A stretch of DNA of 64,000 bases from Mobula hypostoma (lineage: Eukaryota), in NCBI RefSeq assembly GCF_963921235.1, contig NC_086118.1, forward strand, positions 16,680,001 through 16,744,000, given 5' to 3'. The notes under the pieces are model-generated. The model was not told the origin of the DNA and made no database searches. It saw only the letters and a program-made list of their open reading frames with translations. The position numbers and the translations under genes were made by a program. Shown in pieces: positions 49,876-62,641 of this stretch (within the stretch, counting starts at the first letter, position 1; every line of letters begins with the position of its first letter).

Positions 49876-50504
49876 TTTGAATATTTCGGCTCAACAAAAT
49901 TCATTAAAATTAAGCCAACCTGCAAAATAAAATATATGAGTTATTGGGCAGCTCAGTGTTTCTGTGGCTTGTCTTAACTTTAAGAATAATTTATTTTCTA
50001 TTCTTAGTTAATGTAGGAGAGTATCTATTCATAATACTATGTTATCCTCAAGCTGGAGGGTGAAGAGGGTTAGGATTGGAGTGTTTATGTCTTGGCTTCA
50101 GTAAGCAGTCAAAATTAAAGTCAATTTGCTCTCATTTATCATCAAGAAATAAACTATTTGGTGAAAAAGCAAAAAATTGAGAATTTATTACAGAAACCAA
50201 ACCAAATTTTCCCAATAAAACAAGCAATTTCTTCCAAAAAATTGACATGTGGAGAAAAGTTCCTTGCACATTACATACAGAAGATGAAGCTTCCCTACTG
50301 ATAGCAGCACAGACACCAGTCTAATTGACAGAAGTAGGAGGCGCAGGAGGTACTAAATAAAGTGGCCACTGGGTGCATTTCTGCATTCTGTGGTTGTGGT
50401 GGGGGGGGGGGTGGATGAAGAGAAGCCAACACTTGCCGAGCTTTGTAACACCCTCAGAAGTATGAGACTGCGCAGGGCAAAATGGCATCGAGAATGTAGG
50501 AGAG

Positions 50505-50529
50505 GGAGAGAGAGAGAGAGAGAGAGAGA
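50505..50529. repeat. (GA)n microsatellite
   Basis: About 12 GA units. Confidence 0.9.
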
Positions 50530-50539
50530 CAGGACCTGA

Positions 50540-51197
50540 GCAACACACACAGAATGCTGGAGGAACTCAGCATCTATGGAAAAAAGCACAGCTGACATTT
50601 CAGGCAGCACTGAAGAAAAAAAGCTGAGGGATTTGAAAGGTGGGGGAGGGGGAAGGGAGAGAGAAACACCAGGCGATAGATGAAACTTTGGGGGGGGGGG
50701 GAATGAGGCAAAGTGCTAGGAAGTTGATTGGTGGAAGAGACAGAAGGCCATGGAAGAAAGAAAAAGTGGAGGGGGAGGGAGGGAGGAGCACCAGAGGGAT
50801 GTGATGGGCGACAAGGAAATAACATGAGAGAAGGGCAAGAGGATGGGAAATAGTGAGGGGTGGGGGGGGGTGTTGAAGCAGTTCTGGAAATTAGAGAAAT
50901 TGATGTTTATGCCTTCAGGTTGGAGGCTACCCAAACGGAATATAAGCTGTTGCTCCTTCAGTCTAGGTGTGGCCTTATTCCGTCAGTGGAGGAGGCCATG
51001 GATAGACATATCGGAATGGGAATGGGAGGTGGAATTAAAATGGGTGGCCACTGGGAGATCTTGCTTGTTCTGGTGGATGGAGCGTAGATGCTCAGCGAAG
51101 CGGTCTCCCAATCTACATTGGGTCTCATCGATATACAAGAGGTCAGTTGGGGTCATATACTGTGTTCAGTGCTCCTGGAGTGGCCTCTTATTATCGA
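50540..51197 (-). mobile_element. Penelope family-1 3' fragment with a short inverted 5' segment (51141-51197)
   Basis: Homologous to 60239-60940 (GSLQPEGININFSNF). Plus-strand SVGVIYCVQCS is the adjacent GIY-YIG segment in inverted orientation. Confidence 0.8.
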
Positions 51198-51199
51198 AG

Positions 51200-52976
51200 T
51201 GTAGAGGCCCTCTGACTAAGACACCTGTGTGGCAGCTCCCAATCAGAGGCTCCATGGATGACCTCATGGTAACAACTACATTGGTCCCGGGCAGTAGATG
51301 GATCTTCCAGCAGCTAGACAGGCTCATTTCATGGACAAGGGTGACCTTTAAACCAGAGAAATCCTGATCTCTGGTGTTAAGGATTCATGGACAGTTTCGA
51401 TTTCTCCTTGGACGGTATTGCTAACATCCATCTCTGAGAATCCAGTCAAGAGCCTGGGGAAGATCTTTGACAGCAGCCTAAGAGATGTGGCTGCTATCCA
51501 GAAGACCACCAAGATGTTAGAAGTCTGACTCACCAGTGTAGACAAGTCGGGCCTATCTGGCAAGTTCAAGGCCTGGATCTACCAGCATAGCATCCTCCTT
51601 CGAATCCTCTGGCCCACGCTGGTGTTTGAGGGACCCATGTCAACAGTTGAGGCTCTTGAAGAAAAGATTAATGGCTACCTTTGAAGATGGCTGGACCTCC
51701 TACATAGCCTGAGCAGCACTGCTGAGTACGGGAAGATGAATAAACTGCAGTTTCTCTTCAGAAGCCTGACTGAGGGGTATATGGATTCCCATACAGGAGA
51801 ACTGCTATTGCATAGAGATTCCAGTCACCCCAAAGTCTCGACAGCAAGCATTGAGGTCTAGGTAGGTGGGAAGTGGAAGGCCCAGGATGCAGTGGAGATG
51901 GCTGAGTCACACCTGAGGCAAAAGGATCTGGTAGGGACTGATCAGGCAAGGCTGAGTAGCTTCCTTTTAACTCGCTTCGACGGGGCACAGGGCAGGGACA
52001 GACACAAACTGACTCAAGTAGAGGTGCGAGCAGCTGTCGAAGAAGTGTGTACAACTAGGATGGTAGGAATAGGGCAGCTGGGAGCATGGACAAGGTGCGA
52101 GGGTGCGCTGAAACAGAACTCCTGATCCAACACCTGGCAGGCAGAACCCCAACACATCAAGTTCATGATCCAGGTTGTGTATGACATCTTGCCTTGTCCA
52201 GAGAACTTTTGGTTGGGGCAAAAATGAGGCCCCATCATGTTCTCTCTGCCCTGGCAGAGGAACTCTCCAGGATTCTCAGCAGCTGCCAGAAGCCCTGGGA
52301 GAAGGCTGCTACTGCTGGTGCCATGACCAGCTGCTGAATGCAGTGGAAGAAAATATTTCCCTGGCCATTAGCAACAGCAAACACCTCTGCCAACCCAGAA
52401 AGACAATCACCTTTGTTAAAGATGGAGACCAATCACAGCCTCAGCCCAGATCACCAGCAGCCTTGCTCGCCATTGCATCTGACTGGCAACTGGAAGTCAA
52501 TCTTGGCAAGCAATTAAAGTTCTCTAACTTCTTCTCATCATCATCATCAGCATCACTGAGGCCTGACATGGTCAATCTGTCTGAAACTCCAAAGCTGGCG
52601 GTCATGGTAGAACTAACAGCACCTTGGGAAGATTGCCACCCTCCTGTCATCTTGACCCAAGGATGGAGGACATGATGTGAGCCTATAGAGGTGGGGTATA
52701 GAGGTTTTGCTGGCTGCTTGCTCTGCAAAACCTGCTCTCTCCTTGGCATTACCGGAGCTGTAAAGAGTAAAGCCATCAGGACTGTCAAAGAGGCTTCTGA
52801 GCGCACCTCTGGATGGCCATGGATCAAGAGGAGTGACCAATACTGCTGTGACACAAGTCAGGGCCTGATCAATCCTGGCTGGGTCACCCGGGCAAGAGTG
52901 TTTGATGTTAAAAGAAGGAGACACCCAATGACCTCAGGTTACACCACTGATGATGTGTCCCAGTGCATCCTAGGAT
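51200..52976 (+). mobile_element. 5'-truncated, decayed R2-superfamily (HERO-like) non-LTR retrotransposon with restriction-like endonuclease
   Basis: RT core PIRGSMDDL, FKPEKS, LSGKFKAWIYQ; zinc knuckle CSLC; WCHDQLL (RHD-like); RPDMV...MVELTAPWED (PD..E RLE); PIEVGYRGF. Confidence 0.85.
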
Positions 52977-52979
52977 TAA

Positions 52980-53501
52980 TCTCAGCATCACGTTCATGGT
53001 CTTCTGCTGCTGTAGTCCGTCCACTACCAGGTTGAATGTGTTGTGTGTTCAGAGATGCTCTTCTGCACACCACTGTTGTAATGTGTGGTTATTTATGATA
53101 CTGTTGCCTTTCTGTCAGCTTGAACCAGCTCGGTCATATGCTCTGACCTCTCTCATTACCAGGGCATTTTTGCCCACAGAACTGCTGCTCACGGGATGTT
53201 TTTATTTGTTTCTCACACCTTTCTCTGCAAGCTCCAGACACCGTTGTGCATGAAAACCTCAGGCGGTCAGCAGCTCCTGAGATACTCAAACCACACCGTC
53301 TGGCGCCAATAATCATTCCATGGTCAAAGTCACTCAGATATCATTTGCTCCTCTTTCTGATGTTTGGTCTGAACAACTATTGAACCTCTTCACCATGTCT
53401 GCCTGCTATTATGGATCGAGTTCCTGCCACATGATTGGCTGACTGGATATTTGCACTAACGAGCAGGTGTACAGGTGTAGCTAATAAAATACACCTGAGC
53501 G
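52980..53501 (-). mobile_element. Non-autonomous Tc1-like element (same family as 26463)
   Basis: MIIGARRCGLSISGAADRLRFSCTTVS in ORF 53134-53316; reverse complement of the 26463 element. Confidence 0.85.
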
Positions 53502-55170
53502 TACATTGCCTTTATATAACTCCCTGCCCAGACCCACTCTGCCTATTCTTAATACATTTGATTCAATAAGATGAAAGAAATGGCATAATAATAAAATTTG
53601 GGATTCTAAATGCTCCCAGATTATAGAAAGTCAGTTTGTCAGGTTCTGACAAGGAGTCTTAGACCTGTTTCTCTTTCACAGAATCTGTCTGACATGTTGA
53701 ACGTTTCTAACATGTTTTGTTCTCATGTCAAATTAGGAACTGGGCTGTTGGTTGAATAGAGGCAGAACAAGATATGTCCTGTAGTTCTCTTTTTCTCTAT
53801 TATTTGTGTGCTGACAAAATTATTTGAAAACCTTAAAAGGTGTCTTGATCTTGTAGTGTGCGTTATTAAGGTAAAAAAAATAGATCTGCACATTATAAAT
53901 TACACCGTGGAGCTTGGTAATCTCTGGGCTGGGATTTGGAATAGGATAAGGAAAGGCAGGTTTATGGAAATCCTGCCTCACTGCCTTCTGATGACAGAAT
54001 GGGCTTTGCTATTTCTGGCTCTTGGTGTCCATTTTCTGTTTATAAATCTCCACACTAAAAGCTCAAGGAGCTGACACCTCCGCTCAAAATTAAGCAGATC
54101 ATGAGTAAGAAAAGTCGACCAAACTTAATAGTTCTCACAGTGTTTTAGGATCAGGTTGCCCTGCCTTGCTTTCTGTTTGGCTGAAGACTGAGGCAAAAGT
54201 TACAGCTTATTCCGGGAGTGCCTACATTTTCTGCAGTTTGCTATTCAATAATGTCCAATTATATCTTGTAGAGACTGACGTGAAATAAAAAGGAAGCATT
54301 TTATTCTTGTCTGGAATTATTCTATCAAGAACCTCAGGCTGTGACCACTTCTGTTACTTAAAGAACTATTCTGAACGTTTTATTTTTTGCTCAAAAATAA
54401 GTGAGAGGCATTCCTTCAAGTTAAAGTTCTCTGAATTTGTTTGTAGTCTCGGTTATTGTGCGCAGAGTCAATTTACAATTCCGACACAATTTGATTACAT
54501 TTATTTGAAATTCCTGACCACATTTAAGAGGAGAGGAACGTGCCTCACTTCAAGATTTGCTGCCAACATATTAATTTACAGACTCTTAAAAGAGCAGGTC
54601 TTGTACAGTCTCCAGCTTGCCATAAATATTAACGCCACTGTATTTGCTTCTCTGTGCACTTTCAGAGATCCATCATTCGCCTACAGAACACATCATTAGT
54701 ATTTTACCCTACTAATCTTTTCCATTATTTTGCAAAAACTAATCTATTTTTATTGATTTCTCTAAATCTTTTCGTTAGCTGTCCTTTTGGCTGTTTCCCG
54801 TGTGGACTCCTTGACTGCGTGTAAATTAAAGACACACTAATTACTCCACCATAGATCACCTAATTAAGAATTATTCATATGGGAAGGTTGGTTGGCAGGC
54901 CACTGATAACATTAGTTGATTCTGAAACTGTAATCAGACAGAATATACATGCTGCCTTGCAGATGAAGTCAGTTTCTGACCAGCAACGGACACTATACTC
55001 TGAGTTTGCTCTTAGTTTCACGGGCACTGTATCCAGTTAGCAGCCCTTAGTAAGGTCAGTCATCAGATTGTAGAATTCAGTACAAACTTGAAAATGTACT
55101 CTAACCAGAACACATTTACTGTCTCACAAGCACAGTAACCAAATCACAAATGATTCTGCAGTCTTGGTTT

Positions 55171-55628
55171 TAACCATATAACAATTACAGCACGGAAACA
55201 GGCCATCTCGGCCCTTCTAGTCTGTGCCGAACTCCTACTCTCACCTAGTCCCACCGACCTGCACTCGGTCCATAACCCTCCATTCCCTTCCTGTCCATAT
55301 ATCTATCCAATTTAACTTTAAACGACAACATCGAACCTGCCTCAACCACTTCTGCTGGAAGCTCGTTCCACACAGCCACCACTCTCTGAGTAAAGAAGCT
55401 CCCCCTCATGTTACCCCTAAACTTTTGCCCCCTAACTCTCAACTCATGTTCTCTTGTTTGAATCTCCCCCACTCTCAATGGAACAAGCCTATCCACGTCA
55501 ACTCTATCAATCCCCCTCATAATTTTAAACACCTCTATCAAGTCCCCTCTCAACCTTCTACACTCCAAAGAATAAAGACCTAACTTGTTCAACCTTCCTC
55601 TGTATCTTAGGAGATGAAACCCAGGCAG
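55171..55628 (-). mobile_element. CR1 3' fragment
   Basis: LGLYSLECRRLRGDLIEVFKIMRG...FFTQRVVAVWNELP; tail taaccatataacaattacagcacgg. Confidence 0.9.
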
Positions 55629-55761
55629 CCCCGTGGAGCCCATTGTTTGTTTCTGTTGAGCCATTGGTTTAAGTTCTCAGCTTCTGCTTTCCTGTTGAGA
55701 GATTTTACACTCTTTCATCATTTACCACTAAATTCATAAAGATATCCAAATTTTCACTTCA

Positions 55762-55854
55762 CACATAAAAGTTGCTGGTGAACGCAGCAGGCCAGGCAGC
55801 AACTTTTATGTGTGTTGCTTGAAATTCCAGCATCTGCAGATTTCCTCATGTTTG
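55762..55854. mobile_element. Fold-back mini pLTR insertion
   Basis: 15-bp TSD caaattttcacttca (55747-55761, 55855-55869); internal 17-bp inverted repeat. Confidence 0.85.
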
Positions 55855-55985
55855 CAAATTTTCACTTCAATTCTTTTGTGCAAGATTTTGATTTGTAATA
55901 ATTAATGCTGTACATGGAACAGTTTTTTTTAAACATTTGATGAAAAGCATTGCGAAGTTGCTCCATAAAGTCACAAGATTTAATA

Positions 55986-56703
55986 CAGGCTCAGTACCCC
56001 TTAACTGAAATTCCAAAATCCAAAAACCTCTGAAATCCAAAGTTATTTTGAGCACTGACATGACAGCACAAATGGAAAATTCCACAAGGCGCCTGGAAGG
56101 CTCCCTGGCGATGCGCAGGTCTCTCTGCACCACAAACAGTTCTGAGAAGAGACCTCACCAATGTAATGAATAGAAGTTAATGAGAAATAGAAAAACACTG
56201 CTTAAAGTGAAAAATAAAGATCTTCATCGTGTTTGAAAGAACAAATTCACCAGCATCTGAGTGACCATATGCCGTTTAAACAGTACGCTGATCGTAAAAC
56301 AAGCAAAGATATATCATGCCAAGCTGAAAATTGAAGCTAATTGTTTCATACACAAAATGATTAAAAATATTATATGAAACTACCAATCCCCCCCCCCATC
56401 ATGATTGCTGTGGAATGAGTAGCTGTTAGAAATCGATGACAGATATGAAGCTAATTGCAGCGCTGGAACCTGGTAATAGATATGGTCTGGGGTGATCATT
56501 CAGCTCCCACCGTCTGGAGGACCTAGCTCCATCACATTAGACTGTGCTTTGACTGCGGACTGTTCACTCTGAGCTTCAGTCCAGCTGTATTTGTAATGTG
56601 AATAGATTTTGTGTTTAGCCTTGGGTCTCATCCCAAGAGTAAAATATTCCAATGTCCAAAACACTTCCAGCCCCAGCATTTCGGATAAGGGATGCTCAAC
56701 ATG
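55986..56703 (+). mobile_element. Tigger/pogo-type non-autonomous DNA transposon
   Basis: TA|CAGGcTcAGtACCCCTTA ... TAAGGGATGCTCAACaTG|TA termini; internally similar to 62642-63677 in reverse. Confidence 0.8.
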
Positions 56704-56756
56704 TAACAGAGCAAAGTGAAATAGTCAACATTTATTACGTTCTTATGTTATGGGTT

Positions 56757-57100
56757 TATTGAGGATGCTGTCCAAGTTGCATGCCATCTTGGACAATGTC
56801 TCCCATCCACTACATAATGTACTGGGTGGCCACAGGAGTACATTCAGCCAGAGACTCACTCCACCGAGATGCAACACAGAGCGTCATAGGAAGTCATTCC
56901 TGCCTGTGGCCATCAAACTTTACAACTCCTCCCTTGGAGGGTCAGACACCCTGGGCCAATAGGCTGGTCCTGGACTTATTTCCTGGTATAATTTACATAT
57001 TACTATGTAATTATTTATGGTCTTATTACTATTTAATTATTTATGGTGCAACTGTAATGAAAACCAATTTCCCCCGGGATCAATAAAGTATGACTCTGAC
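56757..57100 (+). mobile_element. Rex1/Babar-like LINE 3' fragment
   Basis: AILDNVSHPLH...PRCNTERHRKSFLPVAIKLYN; 3' end caataaagtatgactctgact. Confidence 0.75.
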
Positions 57101-58269
57101 TAGGATAGAGGAACTAGGAACACAATTTTCATACTACGAATGCTTTCAGAAAGGGCAATTAAATATCAGAATGATGTCTTTTTATGTTTTATTGATTTCA
57201 CTAAAGCATTCGACAAAGAACAACATGAAAAATTATTTCAAATTCTTGCTAAGCTAAACATTGACGGAAGGGACCAACAAATGCTTCAAAATTTATATTG
57301 GAACCAAACGGCGGCAATAAAAATTGATGACAACATAAGCAGTTGGACTAAAATTCAAAGAGGAGTTAGACAGGGATGCATTGCCTCATCGGAATTATTT
57401 AATATCTATAGTGAAATGTTTCTCAGAGAAATAGAAAACTTAGATGGGATCAAAATTGGAGGTGTTAACATCAACAATATAAGATATGCAGACGATACCA
57501 CCCTAATAGCAAGTGCTGCAGAAGACCTACAAATCCTCCTAGACAAAGTAGTAAAAACAAGTGCAAATTTTGGTCTAACCATCAACTGTAAAAAAACAAA
57601 ATGTATGGTAATATCAAAACAGCAGGATACTCCCAACTGCCAATTGTACATCGGTAACCAAGAGATTAAACAAAAGACCAGCTTTAATTACCTTGGTAGC
57701 TTTATATCACAAGATGCTAGAAGTAAAGTAGAAATAAAAAGAAGAATTGCCATTGCCAAAACCAACTTCCAAAAAATGCAACTATTTTTACCAACAGACA
57801 CATTTCTATGATAACAAGGCTTAGGCTACTAAAATGTTACATCTGGTCAATCTTGCTGTGTGCTTCCAAAACATGGACTATAACACCAGAACTCCAAAGA
57901 AACTCAGAAGCAACAGAAATGGGGTTTCTTAGAAGAACGCTGAAAATTTCATATAGAAATTGTGTAACTAATGAGAGTGTACTCCAACGTGCCCATACAG
58001 ACAGATCTTTAATGAGAATATTAAATGAGAAGAAATTTAAATTCCTGGGCCATGTCATCAGAAAGGGAGAAATAGAATGCCTCACATTACAAGGGCGTAT
58101 GCCTGGGAAATGCGAAAGAGGAAGGCAAAGAAGAAAATATATGGACACTGTGAAAGAACTAAAAGATCTAAGTGTGCGAGATATCATGGACGCTGCATGG
58201 AATCGTTCGATGTGGAAAGCCATGATCACCCAAGCCTGTAATGCGCAAGGCACTCGAAGAAGAAGAAGA
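57101..58269 (+). mobile_element. 5'-truncated RTE-clade LINE (RT + C-terminus, one frameshift near 57780)
   Basis: CFIDFTKAFDK, RGVRQGC, NIRYADDTTL, FNYLGS, KFLGHVIRK; (GAA)n tail at 58256-58269. Confidence 0.92.
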
Positions 58270-60238
58270 TGTTACTGCAGTTTAAGGACATCACATGGGG
58301 ATGAAAGAAAGGAAACCACAGCCCATCCAAGAAGAGCACCACATCAGCATCAATGCCAAGGCCATCAGTTGGCACTGTGCCGGGCAGTATTGCAACTTCC
58401 AAAAACATAAGATTGTTATTGCTTGTGTCTATGTCATGTAATGAGTAGCCCGAAACAAGACTGAATGATTGAACTTAAAATTCTCAGAGCAGGGGTTGTT
58501 CTCCTTTGCCCTTTCAGGTTAGATTGAGAGATGGGTGAGGTGTGCAAAAGAGCTATTGTCCCAATTAGCAGATGGTTTGAAGACAAGAAGCATCAGAACA
58601 ATCAATATTGGAGGCCGTGAACTAACTAAAACCCTCTATACAGAAAGTTGTGCTTTTTAACTTACCACTTGTTAAGTCGTGCAAAAGCAATGTTTTAAAA
58701 GAAAATTTTAATGGCCATCAGGACAAAATAATTTGCAGGGCTATGAGAGGGCATGGAGAAATGACATTGTATGGTTTTCTCCAAAAGGAGGTAGCATGAA
58801 TTCAATCAGCTAAATGGCCTCCTGAAGTATGTTGAAGATTCTATAATTTCTGCAGACTGCTATTTAACTATTGATCAATCTAGATTTGAATACCGGCATT
58901 TTAATTTGGGGATTCAAGTTTGATGCCGGACGATAAGTACGATGCATCTCAGATGTGGCGCATTGCAATAATTTTCTCTTGCTACTGACTGACCTGCTGT
59001 TTATTTCCAGAATTTGCAGCTTTAATTCTAGATATATGAAAGGATAGAATTAGCTATGACTAACAGAAGGTTAGTTTTGAAGAAGTTATCTACACCCTTT
59101 TACCAGCAACTTCTGCCTTTGATCTATCAGATCAGATGCATTTGTTAATTAGTGATGAACTCTACAGATAACTCAAAGGTCAAACATGTGAAGAATTATT
59201 TAAATACAGTTGCCTTTTGTAAAATGAACAGCAGAATTGTGGCTGTTGCCTTATGCAACAACTGCTCACAGCATTGGGTTTCCCATTGCTCAGCCAATCA
59301 GAGCAAAAGGCTCAAAAGCCTCGGTTCTAATGTATTTGCTAAATGCTCTGAGTTTGTTTTCATTAGAATTCTCGGGCCAGTTTAACATAGTCTGACAAAA
59401 GCAGCTTTATTACTAATTAGCTTAACACTCAGTAACTTTTGTCATGACTGAAGTGAAACAAGAAACCCTGTGGAAGACTGTGTGCCACAAGCAAGTAGTC
59501 ACCAGTGCCCTCAGAAATCTGTAGATCACAGCTCCCTCAAGCAGCCCCATATTCAAAGAGTTAGCTATAAGTACCAAGCAGGTGGCTTTTCACTGGTCTC
59601 ATTGTTTAGCCCATTCTGATGTGGCTGTGATCTCCGACAATGTTACAATGAAGCCCATCACAAATGTGAGGAAAACTGATCTTCCAACTGGGTATGTTGT
59701 TCTCTAATTTTAGGTAACTAGTTTTCTCTGTATCAGAACTGCTAAGACATTTGCCTGTTTTACTGTCTCTGTTAGTACAGCTGGAAATGCCTCACAGCCA
59801 TGCTAAAAGAGTGTCATCACTCTACTAACACTAACCTTTGTGACTAGGCTGCACACTATCACAGATATTCCCTTCATCCTATCCACCTCTCCTGCAACTC
59901 AAAATCATTACTTATTTCTTTCATAGCCTGACAAAATGTCTCCAGCCTGAAATGTTCACGCTGTTTCTCTTTCCACACACATGCTGTTTGACCAGCTGAG
60001 TGTTTTCAGCACATCCATTTTATTTCAGATTTCCAGCATCTGCATTTCCTTTGCATGTCCATTATTTGTACACTGTGGCTAGAAAGCGCACACATGAAGA
60101 TAGACACACATCAAAAGCACTCACTGTACATGAAAACAGCGCTGTGATCTTGTCACAAGGGAACAAGGTTCATGCACGCAAGGCATATGTGATGTGATCC
60201 ACTGGCTCTTTATTTGGATACGTACATTAAGGTGGCAT

Positions 60239-62288
60239 CACACATCAAAGTTGCTGGTGAACGCAGCAGACCAGGCAGCATCTCTAGGAAGAGATACAGT
60301 TGACGATTTAGGCCGAGACCCTTCGTCAGGACTAACTGAAGGAAGAGTTATTAAGAGATTTGAAAGTGGGAGGGGGAGGGGAAGATCCAAAATGATAGGA
60401 GAATACAGGAGGGGGAGGGATGGAGCCAAGAGCTGGACAGGTGATTGGCAAAGGGGATATGAGAGGATCATGGGACAGGAGGTCTGGGGAGAAAGACAAG
60501 GGGAGGGAACCAGAGGATGGGCAAGGGGTATAGTCAGAGGGACAGAGGGAGAAAAGGAGAGAGAGAAAGAATGTGTGTATAAAAATAAATAACGGATGGG
60601 GTATGAGGGGGAGGTGGGGCATTAGCGGAAGTTAGAGAAGTGGATGTTCATGCCATCAGGTTGGAGGCTACCCAAATGGAATATAAGGTGTTGTTCCTCC
60701 AACCTGAGTGTGGCTTCATCTTTACAGTAGAGGAAGCCGTGGATAGACATGTCAGAATGGAAATGGGATGTGGAATTAAAATGTGTGGCCACTGGGAGAT
60801 CCTGCTTTCTCTGGCAGACAGAGCGTAGGTGTTCAGCAAAGCGGTCTCTCAGTCTGCATCGGGTCTCGCCAATATATAGAAGGCCACATCGGGAGCACCG
60901 GACGCAGTATATCACCCCAGCTGACTCACAGGTGAAGTGTCGCCTCACCTGGAAGGACTGTCTGGGGCCCTGAATGGTGGTAAGGGAGGAAGTGTAAGGG
61001 CATGTGTAGCACTTGTTCCGCTTACAAGGATAAGTGCCAGGAGGGAGATCAGTGGGGAGGGATGGGGGGGACGAATGGACAAGGGAGTCGCGTAGGGAGC
61101 GATCCCTGTGGAAAGCAGAGAGCGGGGGGAGGGAAAGATGTGTTTAGTGGTGGGATCCCGTTGGAGGTGGCGGAAGTTACGGAGAATAATATGTTGGACC
61201 CGGAGGATGGTGTGGTGGTAGGTGAGGACCAGGGGAACCCTATTCCTAGTGGGGTGGCGGGAGGATGGAGTGAGAGCAGATGTGCGTGAAATGGGGGAGA
61301 TGCGTCCGACAGCAGAGTTGATAGTGGAGGAAGGGAAGCCCCTTTCTTTATAAAAGGAGGACACCTCCCTCATCCTGGAATGAAAAGCCTCATCCTGAGA
61401 GCAGATGTGGTGGAGACGGAGGAATTGCAAGAAGGGGATGGCATTTTTGCAAGAGACAGGGTGAGAAGAGGAATAGTCCAGATAGCTGTGAGAGTCAGTA
61501 GGCTTATAGTAGACATCAGTGGATAAGCTATCTCCAGAGACAGAGACAGAAAGATCTAGAAAGTGGAGAGAGGTATCGGAAATGGACCAGGTAAACTTGA
61601 GGGCAGGGTGAAAGTTGGAGGCAAAGTTCATAAAGTCAATGAGCTCAGCATGCGTGCAGGAAGCAGCGCCAATGCAGTCGTCGATGTAGTGAAGGAAAAG
61701 TGGGGGACAGATACCAGAATAGGCACGGAACATAGATTGTTCCACAAACCCAACAAAAAGGCAGGCATAGCTAGGACCCATACGGGTGCCCATAGCTACA
61801 CCTTTAGTTTGGAGGAAGTGGGAGGAGCCAAAGGAGAAATTATTAAGAGTAAGGACTAATTCCGCTAGACGGAGCAGAGTGGTGGTAGAGGGGAACTGAT
61901 CAGTTCTGGAATCCAAAAAGAAGCAGAGAGCTTTGAGACCTTCCTGATGGGGGATGGAAGTATATAGGGACTGGACATCCATGGTGAAAATAAAGTGCTG
62001 GAGGTCAGAGAACTTAAAATCACCGAAAATTTTAAGAGCGTGAGAAGTGTCACGAACATAGGTAGGAAGGGATTGAACAAGGGGGGATAAAACCATGTCG
62101 AGGTATGCAGAAACGAGTTCGGTGGGGCAGGAGCAAGCTGAGACAATAGGTCTGCCAGGACAGGCAGGTTTGTGGATCTTGGGTAGGAGGTAGAAACGGG
62201 AAGTGCGAGTTGTGGGAACTATAAGGTTGGTAGCAGTGGATGGGAGATCCCCTGAGCGGATAAAGTCGGTGATGGTGTGGGAGACAAT
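60239..62288 (-). mobile_element. Penelope-like element (family 1), 5'-truncated: RT + GIY-YIG endonuclease + pLTR
   Basis: RT FTMDVQSLYTSIPH, GVAMGTRMGPSYA, YIDD (ORF 60945-62096); GVIYCVRCSRCGLLYIGET (ORF 60622-60948); frameshift near 61130; TSD ggtggcat (60231-60238, 62289-62296). Confidence 0.95.
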
Positions 62289-62585
62289 GGTGGCATGGTC
62301 ACTTTACAACATCAGTTATCACTGATCAGGGTTCAGTTCCTCCTGATGTCTGTAAGGAGTCTGTATGTTCTCTATGATCACAGGGGTTTCTTCTGTGTGC
62401 TCCAGTTTCCTACCACACTCCAGAGACGTACGAGTTAGGGTTAGTAAATTGTAGGCATGCATTATTGGTGCTGGAAGTGTGCCACCACTTGCATGCTGTC
62501 CCCTGCATGCCGCAAATGAAGACCCAAATTGCATATTTCACTGTATGATTTGATATTTCAATGAGAGAAATAAAGCTAATCTTTA
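62289..62585 (+). mobile_element. tRNA-derived SINE whose 5' end is the Penelope insertion site
   Basis: gggttcagttcc B-box-like motif, tgtaaggagtctgtatgttctc core, aataaagctaatcttt tail. Confidence 0.7.
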
Positions 62586-62641
62586 AAAAATAGTCATGCT
62601 GTTTGCACCTGCAATGCCAGCAAAATTTAAAGATTGTGATA

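Noticed and set aside
52880..52965. Hammerhead in the HERO-like 3' UTR (ctgatga at ~52947)
   Set aside because: No correctly placed GAAA or stems in this copy.
54307..54699. 130-aa ORF, and other 60-100-aa ORFs in AT-rich unique DNA
   Set aside because: Mostly non-ATG starts, no recognisable domains and no splice support; consistent with chance ORFs.
60945..62096. Intact autonomous reverse transcriptase gene
   Set aside because: The element is 5'-truncated, frameshifted before the GIY-YIG domain, and its hammerhead GAAA box is mutated.
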